A DNA stretch of 63,838 nucleotides, filler included, from an uncultured Methanosarcinales archaeon (GTDB lineage Archaea; Nanobdellota; Nanobdellia; Woesearchaeales; UBA12501): the NCBI GenBank assembly GCA_964397315.1. It is 3 parts of 3 records of this genome, joined end to end, with 100 filler letters (N's around TTAATTAATTAA, not from the genome) between each part and the next. Parts side by side here need not be neighbours in the genome. Positions count along the whole stretch, not along the records: positions 1 to 27,201 come from CAYNHV010000003.1; 2 more parts are not named here. One strand, written 5' to 3'. How positions within the stretch are numbered: the stretch's first letter is position 1; each line of letters opens with the position of its first letter. A model generated the notes under the pieces. It had not been told where the DNA came from, made no database searches, and worked only from the letters and a program-made list of their open reading frames with translations. This document shows positions 1 through 9,395 of this stretch, in pieces. Position numbers and translations under genes: made by a program.

Positions 1-1
1 A

Positions 2-2365
2 GACCAGTTTAGATATGTCATGGAAGCGGATGGAGAGGAGTTCTACGAACGCAGAACAATCAGAAGGGAGGTAAGAGCAAGAGAAAGGTTTGACGCGGGA
101 TATTACAACCTAACATGCAATGTAACAGATGAGGAGGGAGCTGAAGGATCAGACAGCCTCATGATAAGGTCTGTGCCAGAGGACAGCACACCTCCTAATG
201 TCACTCTTGTCTCACCTGAGAACGGCTCAGTGATTTACAGCAGCAATGTCACTGCGCAGTACATCGCAACAGACAATGCTGGAGGGGAGCTGAACTGCTC
301 GCTCTACGCAATGTCAGAAAATCTTGAATGGCAGGCAGTGGCAAACCAGATGACGCAGAACAACACTCTGGCATCCTTCAACTTTGAGGACGTGCCTGAT
401 GCTGAATACACCTGGAACATGATGTGCGAGGATGAGGCAGGCAATTCAGCCTATGCACCAGAGAATTACACAGCAATCATAGATGCGGTTCCTGATGATT
501 ATGAGGCTCCTGTTGTTGAGCTCATAAGCCCCTACAACGGAGCAGTGCTCTCTGAGAACAACATAAGCCTTGTGTTCAGCGCATCAGACAACCTTGCAGA
601 AGAGCTTGGATGCACGCTTTACGGGAACGCTGACTGGGCAGAGGAATGGACCGAGCTTGAATCCATGACAGTGGAGAACAGCACCCAGGCATCATTCAAC
701 TTCACAAACGTGCCTGACGGCCAGTACAACTGGAATGTGGAATGCTCTGACAGCGCAGGCAATTCAGCTTATGCAGCAGAAAACTTCACATTTGAGGTAA
801 ACACAAGCCAGCCAGCGCTGCCGCAGTGCTCTGACGGCATTGACAATGATAATGACGGGCTAATAGATTATCCTGAAGATCCTGGATGTGAGAGCCCTGA
901 GGATGACAATGAGACAGATGAAGCAGTTAACCAAGCGCCGGTGTTTGACCCTGTTGATGACATAACAGTGAATGAGACTGAGATGGTATGGTTTGATGTC
1001 AATGCAACAGACCCTGAAGGAGACAATGTTGATCTCACAGCAGAGAACCTTCCTGAGGGAGCTTACTTTTATGACATGGACATGATAGCAGAAACAGTGG
1101 AGCTTTTTGACGGAATGCTCACAGAGGAAGATCTTGAGGGCATGTATGGTGTTTTCCTCTGGATACCCCAGTACGGCCAGGCAGGAAACTACACTGTAAC
1201 ATTCACGGCATCAGACGGCAGCCTTAACAGCACAATGAACGTCAGCATTGAAGTGCTTGAGGTCCCTGAGGATGAGAGGCTCAATGTAACTCTTGAGGCA
1301 GAGCCAGAAGAGGGAGAATCACCCCTTAACGTGAGTTTCACGTGCTCTGTGGAGAATGGCGAAGCGCCTTACTCTTACGCGCTAAACGTGAGAGACGGCA
1401 GAGGAAACGAAAGATTGCAAACTCATGGCTTTGACAGCTCAGGAAGCCACACTTTCAACATGACTCTTGAAGAGGGCAACTGGACAGCATTTTGCAGGAT
1501 AGGAGACAATTCAGGGGCGTACGTTGACTCAAACGAGGTTAATGTCACAGTCACAGAAGCTGCGGAAGAGGAGAACACAGCCCCTGTAATAGAGCTGGAT
1601 TACCCTGAGAACCCGCTTTCAGGAGCCATACAGCTCAACTGGAGCATAACAGACAATGAAGGTGACAACTTTGACTGGACAGCAGAGTTCAGCCTTGACA
1701 GCATGAGCACATGGGAGGTGGCAGAGACCTCAATGCTTGACTCCAGCGGAAGCTACATGCTCAACACAACCGAGATTGAGGATGGAGAGTACTGGGTGAG
1801 GCTTAATGCAACTGACGAGCACGGAGCAGAGGCTTCAGAGCTTTACCTGCTTAACATAAGCAACTCAGGAGACAGTGATGAGGGAGATGACGGAAGTGAT
1901 GATGAGGACAGCGATGAATCAGGAGATGAAGATGATGGGGATGACGATGATGACTCAGGCGATGATGGGGATGACAGCTCAGACAGCGGCTCTGATGATG
2001 ACGATGATGACAGCGGAGGCCACAGCAGCGGAGGGTATGTTTACACCGCAGACACAGGAGATGACGATGACGGCAAGACATCAGGAGAGCTTGAGGAAGG
2101 AGATGAAGGGGATGATAATGAGACAGCTGTGCTCACTTATGACGGCGGCAACACAGGAATGGAGGCCATAAGCGGGAAGATGACAGTGGATGCAGGAGAA
2201 GCTGAAGAAGAGGTCTTCTCAGTGTCAAAGGCAGTGGGAGTCATGCTCTGGATCATAGCGATACTGCTCGGAATGGCAATAGCCTATGAATGGCTGCAGA
2301 AGAGGGCAGCAGAGGACAGCGCCGAGGAGCAGGAGCTCTACAGCGGAGCATACGATTACGTCTAA
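2..2365 (+). CDS. Large acidic cell-surface glycoprotein with Ig-like repeats, 5'-partial
   Basis: The frame is open from position 2. It has repeated Ig/PKD-like beta domains (DSTPPNVTLVSPENG / DYEAPVVELISPYNG), a PQCSDGIDNDNDGLIDYPEDPGC Ca-binding-type motif, many N-x-S/T sequons, an Asp-rich linker and a C-terminal TM anchor. Confidence 0.8.
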   Translation, partial: DQFRYVMEADGEEFYERRTIRREVRARERFDAGYYNLTCNVTDEEGAEGSDSLMIRSVPEDSTPPNVTLVSPENGSVIYSSNVTAQYIATDNAGGELNCSLYAMSENLEWQAVANQMTQNNTLASFNFEDVPDAEYTWNMMCEDEAGNSAYAPENYTAIIDAVPDDYEAPVVELISPYNGAVLSENNISLVFSASDNLAEELGCTLYGNADWAEEWTELESMTVENSTQASFNFTNVPDGQYNWNVECSDSAGNSAYAAENFTFEVNTSQPALPQCSDGIDNDNDGLIDYPEDPGCESPEDDNETDEAVNQAPVFDPVDDITVNETEMVWFDVNATDPEGDNVDLTAENLPEGAYFYDMDMIAETVELFDGMLTEEDLEGMYGVFLWIPQYGQAGNYTVTFTASDGSLNSTMNVSIEVLEVPEDERLNVTLEAEPEEGESPLNVSFTCSVENGEAPYSYALNVRDGRGNERLQTHGFDSSGSHTFNMTLEEGNWTAFCRIGDNSGAYVDSNEVNVTVTEAAEEENTAPVIELDYPENPLSGAIQLNWSITDNEGDNFDWTAEFSLDSMSTWEVAETSMLDSSGSYMLNTTEIEDGEYWVRLNATDEHGAEASELYLLNISNSGDSDEGDDGSDDEDSDESGDEDDGDDDDDSGDDGDDSSDSGSDDDDDDSGGHSSGGYVYTADTGDDDDGKTSGELEEGDEGDDNETAVLTYDGGNTGMEAISGKMTVDAGEAEEEVFSVSKAVGVMLWIIAILLGMAIAYEWLQKRAAEDSAEEQELYSGAYDYV
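1865..2120 (+). repeat. Low-complexity GAT/GAC-rich tract encoding an Asp/Ser/Gly linker
   Basis: SGDSDEGDDGSDDEDSDESGDEDDGDDDDDSG... inside the surface protein. Confidence 0.8.
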
Positions 2366-2473
2366 GATTATTTGTTTCTTCTGTTTTTCTTTTTTATTAT
2401 TCTGCACATGAGCCATGCCCCTAGGCTGTGCAATAAAGCAAAATTTAAATACTTCTCTGGCTGATAAAAGCTC

Positions 2474-2713
2474 ATGGCAGGAATCAACTTAGTTCAGACA
2501 GGCACGGTCATCATAATCATAGGCCTAATAGTCGTGATGGCGGGCCTGTTCATGTCCTCAAAACCAGGCTCAGCAGAGACAAAGTTCGGATTCGGAGGGT
2601 TCATAGGGCCGCTCCCTTTTGGCTTTGCCAATGACAAGACTGTGATGTACATCATAGGCGGTCTCATGGTGCTGACCATAATCGCATGGTTCCTCCTCAT
2701 GCATTATAAATGA
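2474..2713 (+). CDS. DUF131/TIGR00304 family small membrane protein
   Basis: Two TM helices with the GGFIGPLPFGF motif; TATA-like TTTAAATA upstream. Confidence 0.8.
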   Translation: MAGINLVQTGTVIIIIGLIVVMAGLFMSSKPGSAETKFGFGGFIGPLPFGFANDKTVMYIIGGLMVLTIIAWFLLMHYK

Positions 2714-2754
2714 GATGATATAGGAAAATTCTAACAGATGGGCGTGTGAATCTA

Positions 2755-2935
2755 GCTTTAAGCATATCATTGGGCGGGCTTATCTGAGGCAGAAGCGGAA
2801 AGTTGTGCTTTTGCAGAATCAGATAACCTGTGGGGTGATTCTGCAGAAAGGGAGGGTGGAATCCGGAGCTGTAAAAACTAAAATATCAGCCTCCTAAGGG
2901 AGGGAATTACCAGGAACGATAATCATAAGCAAGCC
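2755..2935 (+). repeat. Dispersed degenerate intergenic element, family B, copy 1
   Basis: GCTTTAAGCATATCATTGGGCGGGCTTAT...TGCAGAAAGGGAGGG...ATCATAAGCA aligns by eye with 26660-26960 (-) and 58958-59180 (+). Confidence 0.75.
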
Positions 2936-3031
2936 GACCCCATCATATGTTCCTGCTTAGAATATGCTTCTTGCGCCCCATCCACCATAAGCTTTATAAA
3001 TGCCCTGCTTTTCCTGCTTTTTTAGGGGATT

Positions 3032-3631
3032 ATGGCTGAAATAAAGGTATTCAACCGATGGACTCTTGAAGGAGTTAGTGTAGGCGATGCAGGGCTCAGG
3101 GATTATATCTCCCTTAAGCCCAGGATTGTTCCAAGGACAGGAGGAAGGAACTTCGGAACAAGGTTCGCCAAGTCAAGGACCTTCATAGTTGAGAGGCTCA
3201 TGAACAGGGTCATGGTGCCCGGCCACAAGGGCAAGAAGCACTTCAAGACATCTTCTCACATAACAGGCAAGGCCCAGAATGCTTATGAGATTGTGGAAAA
3301 GGCCTTTGAGAGGATAGAGAGGATATCAAAGAAAAACCCTGTTGAGGTGTTTGTCCAGGCGCTTGAGAATGCAGCTCCAAGGGAGGAGATTGTCACCATA
3401 GAATACGGCGGAGCCAGGTATCCAAAGGCTGTTGAGTGCGCTCCGCAGAGGAGGGTGGACACAGTCCTCAAGCTAATGACTCAGGGATCTTATCACTCAT
3501 GCTTTGACAAGAAGAAGCCAGTCCATGAGGCTCTTGCTGACGAGATTCTTGCCGCCTACAACTCAAGCAGCAACTCCCACGCGATATCAAAGAAGCTGGA
3601 GCTTGAGAGGCAGGCTGATGCTTCAAGATGA
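3032..3631 (+). CDS. rps7: 30S ribosomal protein uS7 (archaeal type)
   Basis: IVERLMN, NPVEVFVQALENAAPREE, GGARY, LADEILAA and ISKKLELERQADASR motifs. Confidence 0.97.
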   Translation: MAEIKVFNRWTLEGVSVGDAGLRDYISLKPRIVPRTGGRNFGTRFAKSRTFIVERLMNRVMVPGHKGKKHFKTSSHITGKAQNAYEIVEKAFERIERISKKNPVEVFVQALENAAPREEIVTIEYGGARYPKAVECAPQRRVDTVLKLMTQGSYHSCFDKKKPVHEALADEILAAYNSSSNSHAISKKLELERQADASR

Positions 3632-3687
3632 TAACGCCGTTCATGAAACAAGAATTCTCTGCTCATTATCCACTACATCTCTCGTGA

Positions 3688-5577
3688 CTACACATCCCTC
3701 TCCTTCTTGCCGAAGATGTACACGTACTGCCAGGCAAAGCCCTGCTTCCTGAAGACATTTACGTAAAACCCGCAATCCCTGAACATCTCAACAATCCTGC
3801 TGTTGCTGTCAAGCCATTCAATGTTCGGTATTATGTCAAAGAACTTGTCATACTCAAGGAAAACAACCTTGTCATTCTTCTTAAGCCTCTTGTTCATCTG
3901 CCTCAGCACTTTTTTCACGTCCTGGATGTAGCTCAGCTTTCCCACAGACACTATTGCATCCACCTTGGGTATAGTGGGGTGCAGCCTGTTAGGCTCTTCG
4001 TCAACTATCATCTCCACATGATTATAGCCTTCTTTTATGATCCTCTTTCTGGCTATCCTTGGGCTGTATATGAGGTCGCTGTGCGCGTACACCTTTCCTC
4101 CAGGCCCAACCTCCCTGGCCAGCCACAGGGTCAGAGTGCCCACGTTGCACCCGTACTCAAGAACTCTCTTTCCCTTTATGTCGCCCAGCATCTCAATCAT
4201 CTTCTTCCTCACAGAATGGGGCAGGTAGATCCTCTCTGTCAGCAGCGCGATGTACGCGAAGGCGTCATTAACCTCCACAATCATCTTTGGGTCATAGTAC
4301 ATCTCAATCAGAAGGTACAGGGGCAGGCCTATGGCTATGAAGGACAGGCCGAGCTTGACAGATGCCATTGCCCCTTCCTCATGCGTGATCCACATGACAA
4401 GGAGGAATATGTTGAATCCCACTGCCAGCAGGGGCCCTGCCTTTCCGAGCGGAGCCCTGTAATACCTTTTTATGTCAGGCCTTCTTATCCTGAGTATTGT
4501 TACTGAGAGGAGCACGCCTGAGTACATCACCAGCACCAGCGGAACGAGAAGCATGAGAAGGGTCTGGTAAGAGCCGAATCCCATTATCACCAGCACAGAT
4601 GTGAGTATTGTCTGGAATATTATTGCCTTGTACGGGGTTGAGTATTTCTTGTGGACTCTTGCGAACTGCTTGAGGAAAAGCCCGTCCTGCGCCAGGGCAA
4701 GCACCAGCCTCGGCGCGGACACAACCCAGCCCGCCACAGAGCCTATTATTGAAAGGTAAACAAGTATGGTGAATATGTCAGCCCCTATGCTTCCGAAGTG
4801 CATTCTTCCGAGGTCAGTCAGGGGCGCTTTTGAGGCTCCAAATTCCTGCCAAGGGATGACTCCAAGGGAGGTGACAACAAAGAGCATGCATATCACGGCT
4901 ATGGTTATAGTGCCGTATATCAGCGCCTTTGGCATGACCTTTCTTCCGTCCTTTGTCTCCTCTGCGAGGAATGTTGCTGTCTCCCATCCGAAGAATGTCT
5001 CTGCTATGAAGAATATCGTAACCAGTATGGCTGACACGGGAAACACGAAAAAGGGGGTGAAGTTTGAGGGATCAAGCCTTATCAGGCCGGGTATGATAAG
5101 GGACACCAGCGTTCCCGCGGTTATGAACGCGAATGTTATGAGCATGAAAGCTGAGGTTCTCATTCCCTTGTAGGCCATGTAGTTGAACACAAGTATGAAG
5201 AAAAGGCATATGCCTATCTTCAGGAACGTGGCAGGAAAGGGTATGAGGTATTGTATCGCTCCCACGACCAGCATGGCTATTGTCACGTTGCCGGCTATGA
5301 GAGTCATCCATCCGAAGAGGAAGCTTGGAAACCTTCCGTAGGCCTGCTTGCAGAACTCATAAACCCCTCCTGCTTTCGGAAACATGGATGTGAGCTCGGC
5401 AAAGCACATTGAGATGTAAACCGCGGCAAGAGAGATTACGGCCCATGCTATTATTGAGGCCGGCCCTGCGTGCTTTGCTCCCACAGCAGGAAGGAAGAAT
5501 ATTCCAGTGCCCATTATTGAGTTTATTGTTATGAGGAGTATGGCCCTAAAGCTCAATACCTTCTTCAGCTCTGCCAT
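3688..5577 (-). CDS. APC-family amino acid permease fused to a C-terminal class I SAM-methyltransferase-like domain
   Basis: N-terminal GTGIFFLP / FAELTSMFPKAGGVY / FFGWE...LAEE with ~12 TMs, then a soluble domain with KRVLEYGCNVGTLT...VGPGGKVYA. Confidence 0.85.
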   Translation of the reverse strand: MAELKKVLSFRAILLITINSIMGTGIFFLPAVGAKHAGPASIIAWAVISLAAVYISMCFAELTSMFPKAGGVYEFCKQAYGRFPSFLFGWMTLIAGNVTIAMLVVGAIQYLIPFPATFLKIGICLFFILVFNYMAYKGMRTSAFMLITFAFITAGTLVSLIIPGLIRLDPSNFTPFFVFPVSAILVTIFFIAETFFGWETATFLAEETKDGRKVMPKALIYGTITIAVICMLFVVTSLGVIPWQEFGASKAPLTDLGRMHFGSIGADIFTILVYLSIIGSVAGWVVSAPRLVLALAQDGLFLKQFARVHKKYSTPYKAIIFQTILTSVLVIMGFGSYQTLLMLLVPLVLVMYSGVLLSVTILRIRRPDIKRYYRAPLGKAGPLLAVGFNIFLLVMWITHEEGAMASVKLGLSFIAIGLPLYLLIEMYYDPKMIVEVNDAFAYIALLTERIYLPHSVRKKMIEMLGDIKGKRVLEYGCNVGTLTLWLAREVGPGGKVYAHSDLIYSPRIARKRIIKEGYNHVEMIVDEEPNRLHPTIPKVDAIVSVGKLSYIQDVKKVLRQMNKRLKKNDKVVFLEYDKFFDIIPNIEWLDSNSRIVEMFRDCGFYVNVFRKQGFAWQYVYIFGKKERDV

Positions 5578-5663
5578 GGTAAAACAGCACTGTATTTGGT
5601 ATATAAAAGATTGGTTTTATCGCCGAGTGGTAAATTCCCGGAGGCGTGGCAGCTGAAACTGAC

Positions 5664-6533
5664 TCAGAACTCCTTAATGAACCTGATGAGCTCCCCGCTT
5701 TTCTCAAACTCCATGAACTCCTCCCTTGTCATTGCGGGTATGTCCCTCTCCCTCGGCCTCTTGTTATGGTATATGACAAGATTCTCAGCATCAATAATCC
5801 TTGACAGTGAGGCAGCATGAGGGTTTGCCCTGTCCCCCACCTCTGTGAGTATGAGCTCGTCATTCTTCCTTGCAATCACGTTAAAAGGCACTTTTCTTGT
5901 CTCTGAAGCCTCAAATCCCAGCTCTGAATACTTCCTTGTTATGGGGCTCTCAAGATTGTGGCGCTCCATGCTCCTCCTGGAGAAAATGTCTATCTTCTCA
6001 AACACATGGTGGCCGAGGATGTCATACATCTTCTGCGCGTTCCCCAAGGTCATGCTTGAGCCCGCCTCATACTTTGCCATCATCCTTCTTGAAACACCAA
6101 TCCTCCTTGATATGTCAGACATTGAGAGGCCCCGCTCTTCAGCAGCAGACTTCAGCCTTTCGCTGTTGATGTTCGCTGCCAGGCCAGCTCTTGAGCTGAA
6201 CACGTAAGGGTGCCTGCTCTCAACAGCATTCCTGAACGTTGCCTGAGTGAGAGTGCAGACTCCGTTCCTGGAGTAAGCCACATTGTCCTTCAGACTCTGG
6301 CCCGCCCTCTCAGCCACAATAACCGGCGAGGCGTTGATATACCTTCCAACATTCTTCATCTGCTCTGCATACTCGTCAGAGACCGCATTTGCGTCAGAAA
6401 GCGTCTTTATCAGAAGTATCCTGCCCCCTTTTCTTGCTATGATGTCAAAACAGCAGCCTGAAATGTTTTTTACTGTAAAACCTCTCTTGAGGAGAATCAT
6501 GCTTGCCCTCTCAGATATTCTGTCGATACCCAT
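5664..6533 (-). CDS. Archaeal HTH transcriptional regulator (COG1395-like)
   Basis: CFDIIARK...LLIK, central Xre HTH (GLSMSDISRRIGVSRRMMAKYE), KVPFNVIAR. Confidence 0.85.
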   Translation of the reverse strand: MGIDRISERASMILLKRGFTVKNISGCCFDIIARKGGRILLIKTLSDANAVSDEYAEQMKNVGRYINASPVIVAERAGQSLKDNVAYSRNGVCTLTQATFRNAVESRHPYVFSSRAGLAANINSERLKSAAEERGLSMSDISRRIGVSRRMMAKYEAGSSMTLGNAQKMYDILGHHVFEKIDIFSRRSMERHNLESPITRKYSELGFEASETRKVPFNVIARKNDELILTEVGDRANPHAASLSRIIDAENLVIYHNKRPRERDIPAMTREEFMEFEKSGELIRFIKEF

Positions 6534-6740
6534 TGGGAAAGTGTAATATTTTGCCTTATTTATATCTTTCTTAACATATCCTGCTCTTTAATAAGGGAGC
6601 ATGAGGAGGTTTAGGGGTGCAAGGTGAGTTGCAGGTGCCCTGCAGAATGCGCTAATATCCCATAAGCATCTGTAGCATCATGCAGAGTTTAGCAATAATT
6701 ATTTATAAATGTTATACTCTACCCCCTCAGGAGGGATTTT

Positions 6741-7022
6741 ATGGGGGAAAAAACAATCAGTGGACTACGAGATAGGATTGACAGCATAGATGCGGAGCTA
6801 TGCAGGATTATCGCGTCTAGAATGAGGATAATCCATGAGGTAGCCGAGTTCAAGAAAAACCATGGCCTTGCCAGAATTCAGCCTGAAAGAGAGAATGAAA
6901 TCCTGGAAAAATCCGTAAACTTAGCCCAGGAACTGAATATAAACCCTCAGACAATCAAAGAGATAATGAAGATACTGATAGATGAAGCTCATTCAACAGA
7001 GAGGAGGATAATGGGGAAATAA
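6741..7022 (+). CDS. aroQ: Chorismate mutase (AroQ, monofunctional)
   Basis: LRDRIDSID...R...VAEFK...PERE motif; first gene of the aro operon. Confidence 0.92.
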   Translation: MGEKTISGLRDRIDSIDAELCRIIASRMRIIHEVAEFKKNHGLARIQPERENEILEKSVNLAQELNINPQTIKEIMKILIDEAHSTERRIMGK

Positions 7023-7027
7023 ATAAG

Positions 7028-8107
7028 GTGAAGAATATGGTCTGCAATACTTTTGGAAGGATATTCAGGGCAACAACGTGGGGTGAGTCTCATGGTCCTG
7101 CTATGGGTGTGGTGGTTGACGGCTGTCCTGCAGGCCTTGAAGTGGAAGATGAGGATGTGCAGATAGAGCTTGATAAGAGGACTCCTGGAAAGAGCGCCGT
7201 CTCAAGCCCAAGAAGAGAGAAAGACAAGGTTGAGATACTTTCGGGAGTTTTTGAGGGCAGGACATTAGGGACTCCTATATCAATTATCATAAGGAATACT
7301 GATGTTGACTCTTCAAAATATGATAACCTAAGTGATGTGTACAGGCCGGGCCATGCGGATTACACCTATGATAAGAAATATGGTCTCAGGGACTACAGAG
7401 GGGGAGGAAGGAGCTCAGGAAGGGAAACATTGTCAAGGGTCGCTGCAGGGGCGATAGCAAAAAAACTGTTGAAAATGGAGGGAATCTCCATATGCTCTTA
7501 TGCCAAGCAAATAGGCAGCATAATAGCGGAAGTAAAAGACCTTGGTGAGGCTGAGAGGAACAGTGTTAAGTCTCCTGACAGAAAAGCGGCCAAATCAATG
7601 GAAGAGGCTGTACTGGAAGCAAAGAGGGAGGGGGACTCTCTAGGGGGTATAGGTGAGATAATTATATCAGGATGCCCTCCTTCACTTGGAGATCCTGTAT
7701 TCGGAAAGCTTGATGCAGAATTGTCAAGAGCAATTATCTCTATAGGCTCAGTTAAGGGTGTTGAGTTTGGAAAAGGTTTTGGAGTGGCGGGCATGAAAGG
7801 CTCAGAAAACAATGATCAAATCAGCGCCGAAAAATTTCTTTCAAATAATGCGGGAGGCATATTGGGAGGAATATCAACAGGACAGGATATCATAATAAGG
7901 TTTGCTGTAAAGCCCACACCTTCCATATCAATAGAGCAAAAAACTATTGATAACAAAGGAAAGAGCAGAAATATATCAGTGGAAGGGAGGCATGATCCCT
8001 GCATAGTTCCAAGAGTGCTTCCTGTTGCTGAAAGCATGGCCGCGCTTGTGTTGGCTGACAAGCTTATGATCCAAAGAATTCAGGGTAGAAGAGATGGCAA
8101 GCAGTAA
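7028..8107 (+). CDS. aroC: Chorismate synthase
   Basis: GESHG, RPGHAD, GGGRSSGRET, NNAGGILGGIS, KPTPSI, GRHDPC. Confidence 0.98.
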   Translation: MKNMVCNTFGRIFRATTWGESHGPAMGVVVDGCPAGLEVEDEDVQIELDKRTPGKSAVSSPRREKDKVEILSGVFEGRTLGTPISIIIRNTDVDSSKYDNLSDVYRPGHADYTYDKKYGLRDYRGGGRSSGRETLSRVAAGAIAKKLLKMEGISICSYAKQIGSIIAEVKDLGEAERNSVKSPDRKAAKSMEEAVLEAKREGDSLGGIGEIIISGCPPSLGDPVFGKLDAELSRAIISIGSVKGVEFGKGFGVAGMKGSENNDQISAEKFLSNNAGGILGGISTGQDIIIRFAVKPTPSISIEQKTIDNKGKSRNISVEGRHDPCIVPRVLPVAESMAALVLADKLMIQRIQGRRDGKQ

Positions 8108-9395
8108 ACTTATCAGGAGTGTTGGAAATCTTGATGCTGAAGTGGAAGCCCCTCCCTCCAAGGCTTACACCCTGAGAGCCCTAATAATAGCGTCAATGGC
8201 CTCCGGCACCACTCTCATAAGAAACGCTCTTCTTGCAGAGGACCAGCAGTACACTATTTCAGCTCTCAGAAAGCTTGGAACAGACATTAGAGTATCAGGA
8301 AATAATGTTGAGATAAGGGGGATGGATGGGCAGTTTGAAGCGCCGGACACTCCTGTTTTCATAGGGAATTCAGGAGTTAATGCCCGCGTGCTGACAGTTT
8401 TATGCAGTCTTTCTAAAGGGGCTGTGATTATTGACGGCTCAGAAAGGATGAGGGTGGGAAGGCCCATACAGGATCTTATTGATGCCCTCAAGCCTCTCGG
8501 CGTAGAAGCCGAATCCATAAACGGGAATGGTTGCCTCCCTGTTCGGGTTAAGGGCGGTAGCTTCAAGGGAGGCGAGACTGTTCTGAAGGGAGACAAAAGC
8601 TCCCAATACTTCACAGCGATACTCATGTGCGCTCCTTATGCGCAAGAGCAGGTGACTGTGAAGGCTGAGGGGAATCTTGCCTCAAAGCCTTATCTTGAGG
8701 TTACAGCGGATGTTATGAAAAGTTTTGGATCAGAAGTTACCAATAACGACTACAGAAAATTCGTTGTTCACAGGAAAAAATACATGGGAAGAGACTATAC
8801 TGTTGAGGGGGACTACAGCTCAGCATCATTTTTCTTTGCAGCAGCAGCCATAACAGGGGGCAGAATCAGGGTGAAGAACCTTAATCCTAACTCAGCTCAG
8901 GGGGACAAAAAGTTTCTTGATTTTCTCACGCAAATGGGATGCAGTATAAAAAAGGGCAAAAATCATGTGGATGTAACAGGAGGAAGGTTGAGCGCCATAC
9001 AATCTGATATGCATGATTATCCAGACATAGTTGTTCCACTGGCGGTTACAGCCGCATTTGCCAAGGGCAAAAGCGAGTTCAGGAACATATCTCACCTGAA
9101 ATACAAGGAATGCGACAGGCTGCAGGGTCCTGCTAAAGAGCTCAGGAAGATGGGCATAAAGGCATATGCCACTGATGACCGCCTGATAATAGATGGGGGC
9201 AGGCCGCACGGTGCTGAGATAGAAACTTACAACGATCACCGCATGGCGATGAGTTTTGCAGTCGCGGGCCTGAGAGTGCCCGGCATGAAAATAAAGAACC
9301 CTTCTGCAGCTAACAAAAGCTTTCCAGGCTTCTTTGAAATACTTAACTCTTTGGATAAGCAGGGCAGAGAAGGGGGGTGGAGAGAGGAACCATGA
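8094..9395 (+). CDS. aroA: EPSP synthase (3-phosphoshikimate 1-carboxyvinyltransferase)
   Basis: PPSK...RA, GNSG, SSQY, EGDYSSA, KECDR, DHRMAMSF, KSFPGFF. Confidence 0.97.
   Translation: MASSKLIRSVGNLDAEVEAPPSKAYTLRALIIASMASGTTLIRNALLAEDQQYTISALRKLGTDIRVSGNNVEIRGMDGQFEAPDTPVFIGNSGVNARVLTVLCSLSKGAVIIDGSERMRVGRPIQDLIDALKPLGVEAESINGNGCLPVRVKGGSFKGGETVLKGDKSSQYFTAILMCAPYAQEQVTVKAEGNLASKPYLEVTADVMKSFGSEVTNNDYRKFVVHRKKYMGRDYTVEGDYSSASFFFAAAAITGGRIRVKNLNPNSAQGDKKFLDFLTQMGCSIKKGKNHVDVTGGRLSAIQSDMHDYPDIVVPLAVTAAFAKGKSEFRNISHLKYKECDRLQGPAKELRKMGIKAYATDDRLIIDGGRPHGAEIETYNDHRMAMSFAVAGLRVPGMKIKNPSAANKSFPGFFEILNSLDKQGREGGWREEP

Noticed and set aside
2755..2935. RNase P or SRP RNA upstream of rps7
   Set aside because: The conserved RNase P (GAGGAAAGTCC) and SRP helix-8 motifs were not found, and the sequence is multicopy.
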